From assembly GCA_965240325.2 (NCBI GenBank), contig OZ251222.1:2728001-2792000 (forward strand): a stretch of DNA of 64,000 bases, written 5' to 3'. A program made the translations under genes and the position numbers. The notes beneath the pieces are model-generated. The model saw nothing but the letters and a program-made list of their open reading frames with translations. It made no database searches and was not told where the DNA came from. This stretch comes from Rebecca billardiae RCC1528. Its lineage: Eukaryota; Protista; Haptophyta. Below are positions 58,277-64,000 of the stretch, piece by piece; within the stretch, counting starts at the first letter, position 1; every line of letters starts with the position of its first letter.

Positions 58277-61131
58277 GTCACAGCGCTCTCACCGCCGCTA
58301 GGTGGCAGGCGGCCTACTCGTCTTCACTTTTCAGTCTCAGTGACCCGCTGTCGGACGCCAGTGTCAGTGAGACGTGAGGCCCGTTCATTGTTTATGTTTG
58401 CGCGAAACTATGTATGAACGCTCTTATTAAACCGAACCCCGCGTGCCGCGGCCCGTTAAGGCGTTACGAGCACGGTCAGACGAGACCGTGATGCTGACAC
58501 TCAGTGTATTCCCGCACAGCAGCAGGCATTGTTATTTGAAGCCTGCGCGCTTTATTATTATTATTGCTTATTAAGCTACTCAGCTGTGATGTCTGCTGCT
58601 TTCAGACCTTTGTAGTTGTAACTGAAATGACTATCGCATAGAGTACACGCGAACTAATAGCTAACATAATTATTTAATAGTATTACTATATATATATAAT
58701 ATATTATTTATGACCGCGTTCCGCGGTCCTCTTCCGTCAGAACCAACGTAGTTGGGGGCCCGCGGTGCAGAGTCTGTCTGTGCCGGCCGTCTGACAGTCT
58801 GTGCGGTGTGCCACCCGCTCCGTCCGACCACCACGGACACTCACACAGCCGGCGGCGTCCGGCCCCGGAGTCGCATATCGGCCACTAACCTCGCCATCGT
58901 CGCGCGGACTCGCCGCTCGCAGATCAGCCTGTGGCTCTCGTGTCAGGCAGTCAGGCATCCGTCGTGCCCATCAGCGCCAGAGCTGGCTCTCAGTCACTGA
59001 GTGAGTGAGAGCCGCCGCTCACGGTCAGCGCGCAGTCCGAGCTCCGAGCTCGCGCGCGAAACGCCCGCCCATGCGCCAGTCAAGCCGTCGAGACTCGAGA
59101 CAGCTCGGATGCGGCGGACGAGAGCAAAAAGGATGTGCGCGTGGTCCAGCTCGTGCTGCGACTCGGACTCGCCCAGTCTCGTCGCCCGCAGATCTGCGCG
59201 CGCTGCTTGCCGCGCCGCTGCATCATGTCCAGCCAGAGGCTCCAGTCAGTCAGCACGCCGCACGCGGATGAGCCATCACAGCTCGGCCATGGACGGCGCG
59301 AGCGAGGGCTTGGGCGAGCGAGATGGCCGTGGTGGCTGCTCCACATCCCGACAAAACGTCCAAGACTACCCGCTCGCACCACGCCGACTGGATCAGGCGA
59401 AGGCTCCGCACTGCAGATCAGGCTCGGCGAGACTGACGCGGCTGAACCGCGACGTCCTCGCGACCGCCCGCGCTTGAACATGCCGAGAGTTCAGCTGCGC
59501 GGCGTGCGGCGTGGCGCGCGCGGGCGCGCGCATGGATTCACGCGTTAGGATGCCCCGCGGTCTCCTCCTCGTACCGTCGCCGACTGCTCTCCGCGCGCGA
59601 GCGTCGACATCGATTCGTGTCCGCGGTCCGGTGCTCGGTTGGAAACCGCACTGACTGGGCCGAAGAGGGATCGGCAGGGCGGGGCGCGCGGGGTGAGCGG
59701 GCACGAAAGCGACGCTGACGACCGTCGGGATACCCGCCGCAGCAGCGCGCACCTGCGCTGAGTCCGTCGGATTGAACGATCGTGCGCTGCCGCAGCGCGG
59801 CGGCAGAGCGCGCGTCTAAAGTATGCGAACCTCGCCCGATGGCCCCGACCGACTCGCGCCGACCAGACCGCGCACCACACGCGCGCGGCCAGCTGCCGCG
59901 GGCCCGAGGCTGGCTCTGGAGGCGGCGCACGCGTGCGCGCTGGCCTGAGGCGCGGCGAAAGCGGCGGCGAGCAAGGCGCGCGGCGTGGGAGGGCGACATG
60001 CACACCCTAGCACCTGCCCAGCCGCGCGCGCGCGCCGCCTCCGCGCGCGCGTACACGGCCGCAGGAGCTCGCGCCGTGCGCGCCCCACTCGCCCCCCGGG
60101 GCGGGCGCCCACGAGAGTTAGTCGCTGGAGCGAGGCCGCGCAGCAGCGAAGCGGGAGCCAACCTCTGGCGCTGCCGCCACTAGTACTAGTAGTACTGGGA
60201 GTTGACAGCCCTTACCGCCCTTGACTCCAGCGGATAGCTGCGGCGGGTATTTTCAATCTCTCGCACTATTGGAGTTGGTTGGACGATTATGTCAACGGTC
60301 GTTCTTGGCATCTTGCAGCGGCGAGGCCATATTATTTTACTATGGTCACACTACATTAAGGAGAGTCTACCCACAATTACCCTGCCTCGCACACTTGGGC
60401 GCGGGTTTCGTTGATTCCTCTGTTCACTATTCAAGACGGCGGACGCGCCCTTTTTCGACGAGGATGCACCTGTAAGGGAGTCTCAAAATTCGAAACTCGG
60501 TCTCCTCCAGCCCTGAAAATCGTCCCCCGTCCCTTTTTTCTTTGATCAAAGATCTTTTTGAAACGTGGTTCGGGCCCGCTGGTGCGGGCTCCACGCTGCG
60601 CGCTCCGCCCTGCACCGCGGGCCATTAAATGCTGGTTTCAATATAATCAGTTTTGACTAATCACGCCTTAACCAAGTGTGCACGTTAAAACATAGTAAAC
60701 TGTAGTAAGGTTTTGAGGTTGCCCGACGCCCCGGGCCCGAGTCGTCCGACCAGACTGCGCGCATCCTAAGACGCCATCCTCATCCTGACTGAGACCATTA
60801 TTAATGAATCATCGATCATCATATTATAATCATGCCCGCATCCTGCGCATCCAGACGCCATCCGGTCATCCTGACTGAGACCTGTCGATCACCTGAGTCC
60901 TGAGTACTTGACGCCGGCCGGCCACTCCCGGGACCGTCAGATCAGGCCGACCGTGACTCGTCACTCGTGAGGCGCCGTCAGCGGTGTCTACGTTGTCTGT
61001 CTGCGCCGGTCAGACTGAATTTGTCGGTCGACAAAAATGTTTATGTGCCGCGATGACTCCGATGAAGCTGCGTGCTACATGTTTAATAATATGATGAAGA
61101 CAGCCGTCAGGACCAGTAGCAGGCCGTGCAC

Positions 61132-61959
61132 TCAGTACACGAGTTCGGTCTCCAGGGGCCACACCACCTCGCGGTCGAGCTGCAAGCTGATCGGCTGGCA
61201 GAAGATGTCCACCCACTCAGCGGCGGTTGGCGCATCCTCGTTCATCGCGAGGGTGGTAATTGTCTCCTGCGTGGGGAGGATGTCACTGTGACGGTTACGC
61301 AGGTCCGCGAGCAGGCCGTCGCGCTCTGACTTCCTCACGCTTTGCAGTGAGCGCCCGATGTTGAGCACGCCGATGTACGCCTCGCTCACCTTGAGCGCGC
61401 CGGGCACAACCACATCACCGGCGTTCTTGCTGTGAGACTGCACGTTGGAGAGCGACCATGCGGGGAACGCGCGCGTGGGGATGTCATCGGTCGTTGCGAG
61501 CACTTTGATCTCGTCGGCGATAGCGCCCGACTCAGCCATCTCCACGTACTCCTGCACGAAGCCGGTCAGCGTCTTCAGCCCTCCCTGCAAACAAAATCGG
61601 CCGCAGCGGAGGGTGTGAGTTGGGTCTACGGCGCGCGCGAGCACTGAAGATGCGGCGTGCGCGCGCACCTCGAGCACATGGAAGAAGTACCCCGGGTACA
61701 TGAGCAGCAGGCCAGTTAGCTGACTCGTCTCGTCCTCCCCTGTCGACTGCACCTTCCGGACGGTCGCAGAGTGCCACTCCACGACCTTACGCGGGTCACT
61801 TGCGACCACCGAGCCCAAAACACACACCCGGCCGAGGAGGGCCGACGTCTTGTTCAGCCGCTCGTTCCGCTTCAAGATGGTGTCGAGCACCGAGGTCGGC
61901 TCCTGCTCCTCCTCCGCGACAGCATCGTCGACGGGCACTTGCTGCAACTGGTTAGCCAT
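61132..61959 (-). CDS. TEX47: TEX47/C7orf62 (DYBLUF/MOT7-like) BLUF-related flagellar protein; intron 61668-61585
   Basis: LTGLLLMYP..FFHVLE|G, IKVL..TDDIPTRAFPAW, LDREVVWP. Confidence 0.75.
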   Translation of the reverse strand: MANQLQQVPVDDAVAEEEQEPTSVLDTILKRNERLNKTSALLGRVCVLGSVVASDPRKVVEWHSATVRKVQSTGEDETSQLTGLLLMYPGYFFHVLEVRAHAASSVLARAVDPTHTLRCGRFCLQGGLKTLTGFVQEYVEMAESGAIADEIKVLATTDDIPTRAFPAWSLSNVQSHSKNAGDVVVPGALKVSEAYIGVLNIGRSLQSVRKSERDGLLADLRNRHSDILPTQETITTLAMNEDAPTAAEWVDIFCQPISLQLDREVVWPLETELVY

Positions 61960-62130
61960 TGCTCCACCAGGCCCAAGAGCACCCACCCAGCTTGCAACTG
62001 CCGCTCCCGCCGTCCCGCGGCGCACAGGGGAGGAACTCGCGAATAAAAAGTCGTCGCGCGAAAAGCAGCCGAAAAAACTCCAGGCCGCCCCGTGCCGAGC
62101 GACGCGACGCGCGATATATCAAGAATCAAG

Positions 62131-62673
62131 ATGGCCAGCATGCGCGCCGCGCTTCGGCCATCACTCTCTGCCGCACGGCGGCTCATCCCCGCGTGGGGCA
62201 TGGCGGGTTCACCGATGGGCTTCTCGTCTAGCGCAGCACATCCAATACGAGCCAAGCTCTACTTCTCGCAGGCGCTCGTCATCCAACCCGAGATGCCTGA
62301 GCCGGACGGCGGCACGAAGCAGCACGAGAAGGTGGTGATGCGCGTCGATGTCGACGAGCTCGGGCTCACGCCCGAGCAGCTGGAGAGGCTCACCACCGTC
62401 GCCGGGCCGCGTTTCAACGAGGAGACGCGCACTCTCACCCTCGTCGGCCGAGTGCACGAAGAGGCCGCTGCGAACAAGGCACTCGTGCGCGAACAGCTAG
62501 CCCTGCTCATCGACGACGCTGTTGCGAATTGCGGCGGCGGGAGTGGGATTGCCGCGGAGAGCGAGGATATGAGTGCGGCGCCTGGAGTGCCGACAGACTC
62601 GCCGCCGTCGGCGCCGGGCGCCGACAGCGGAAACGACATGCGTAGTATTGACCCGGACACGCGTAAGCCGTGA
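62131..62673 (+). CDS. MRPS35: Mitochondrial small-subunit ribosomal protein mS35 (MRP-S28 domain)
   Basis: Mitochondrial-type leader; KVVMRVDVDELGL...RL..VAGPRFN...LTL...AANK..L..LI. Confidence 0.8.
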   Translation: MASMRAALRPSLSAARRLIPAWGMAGSPMGFSSSAAHPIRAKLYFSQALVIQPEMPEPDGGTKQHEKVVMRVDVDELGLTPEQLERLTTVAGPRFNEETRTLTLVGRVHEEAAANKALVREQLALLIDDAVANCGGGSGIAAESEDMSAAPGVPTDSPPSAPGADSGNDMRSIDPDTRKP

Positions 62674-64000
62674 CTCGGAGGAGGTGCGGCCCTTTGATCG
62701 GTGCGCAAGCCGGGATCCGGGAAGGCTCGGTCTGACGTCCGACTGTGTGAGTCAACCTGGAACCAAACCGAGCGAAGTCGTAAGTACACGTATGCTAGTA
62801 GTCCTATCATATAATAAATCAGCAGTGCGCACTGATCACATTCAGTCGTAGCCGCCCGCAGCTAGTCCGAACCGTCTGATCGGGATCGATATCCGCGAGA
62901 CTCCGGCGAGTGACCGCGACGGACACGGTCACGGTCCTCGGCTGCTCACATCGATGAGTCTGTCTGACACTCTGAGTCTGACACCGGCCACCGGAACTCC
63001 AAACTGCGGGAGCGGCGTCTGCGGCATTCTGCGACTCTGCGGGGACACTCGTCACTCGGTCAGACTCACTCACAGGACTCGCGCGATGTCCAGCGCCATA
63101 ATTTAGGGGGGCCAAACCGCTCATTTAAAAAAGAAAATCAAAGCCGCGGCGCATTTTCGCTCCTCCCTCGGCCTTTTAGGGTGGCGCGGAGCCTTTTTCT
63201 CGGACCCCGCTCGAAAATCGAGCTCCGACGCGTTCGGGCGCTCAGAGCTCGGTTCCGCTCCAGCACGAGCGGCCGGAGGCAGTGGACCGCCGCGCGCTCG
63301 CGTCCCATGATACGCCGAGATGGTCTCGGGAGCGCGCGCGCGTGACGCTGGTGGGCGCTTCTGACCCTTGTCTTTGCGCCACCAGCGGCTCACCACCCGG
63401 TTCTTGGCCACCTCGCGCCGTGCGCGGCGCGCGTCGGCCGGCTTGAATTGCTGCGCTGCGTACGCCCGTCACGCTACCCCTCCTTGTGGCTCAAGATCAA
63501 CTCGCCCCGGCGAGATCGATGCTCGCCCCAGGTGTTCATGTGTATCCGTGGATGCCCAGCTCGCCTAACCTGCCCTGCTGCGCCGGAATCGCCGTCAGCA
63601 GACCGGCGCGAGCTCGCGCGCAACACCTCCGCGGAGCCCGCAACTGTCATGTTCCGCTCGTAGGGCCCGTGTTTGCACCTGCCGTGGCACTTGCGATGGT
63701 CAGCACGTTGGGTATGGGTCACGCGTGCCCCCAGATGGCGTCGGGGCGCCTCCCATTCGCCTCTCAGGACGTCGCGGACGTGCTCGCAGGCACCGGTTGG
63801 CTCATTCGACAGGTCCGACGTGCACTCGACCGTGCCTACAAGCGCGCCCCTGTGACGCGCATGCCTGCAGAAGCAGACGCAGATGGGCCTCAATGCACCG
63901 TGGTGCGCCCAAGACCGGCGGGAGCGTCAGAGACCGTCTCAATCTTGACACCTTGCACACGCCGGCGCTTGCCATTGGGCTCCGCGCAGCCAGTCAGGAG

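Noticed and set aside
58740-60180. Gene-like GC-rich fragments (e.g. minus-strand QHELDHAHILFALVRR)
   Set aside because: Broken by stops; no family could be assigned.
63090-64000. Terminus-like A-rich tract followed by ORF fragments
   Set aside because: No partner end or transposase motif is visible within the window.

Overview
This is eukaryotic nuclear DNA with very GC-rich genes, short GC-rich GT-AG introns (GTGCGC...CGCAG), a bipartite plastid leader and a flagellar gene. That fits a secondary-plastid alga, possibly a haptophyte (inference). About 25 intact genes are recognisable: NOA1, SfsA-like, MATE, ARM-repeat, PP2C, CBA1-like B12 binder, Vps55, RNF14-like RBR ligase, chorismate synthase, COQ1, CobW/COG0523, GMPP-like, a bacterial-type putative hydrolase, strawberry notch, RPL39, V-ATPase H, RecQ4, TMEM230, CK1, USP, TEX47/DYBLUF, mS35 and several hypotheticals. 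Most are arranged as head-to-head pairs, separated by AT-richer decayed spacers that hold transposon termini and gene relics. The top observation is a 406-aa spliced gene (41467-42936) that appears to fuse a lamin-tail (LTD) domain to a tandem H2B-H2A histone-fold doublet. Other highlights: a CobW GTPase with a ligand-less Rieske-like tail, a GMPP with a degenerate active site, a U38/snR61-like C/D snoRNA upstream of RPL39, an exonuclease-piggyBac relic, and a VPS35L fragment welded to a transposon end. All family assignments come from motif recognition by eye; no database search was run.
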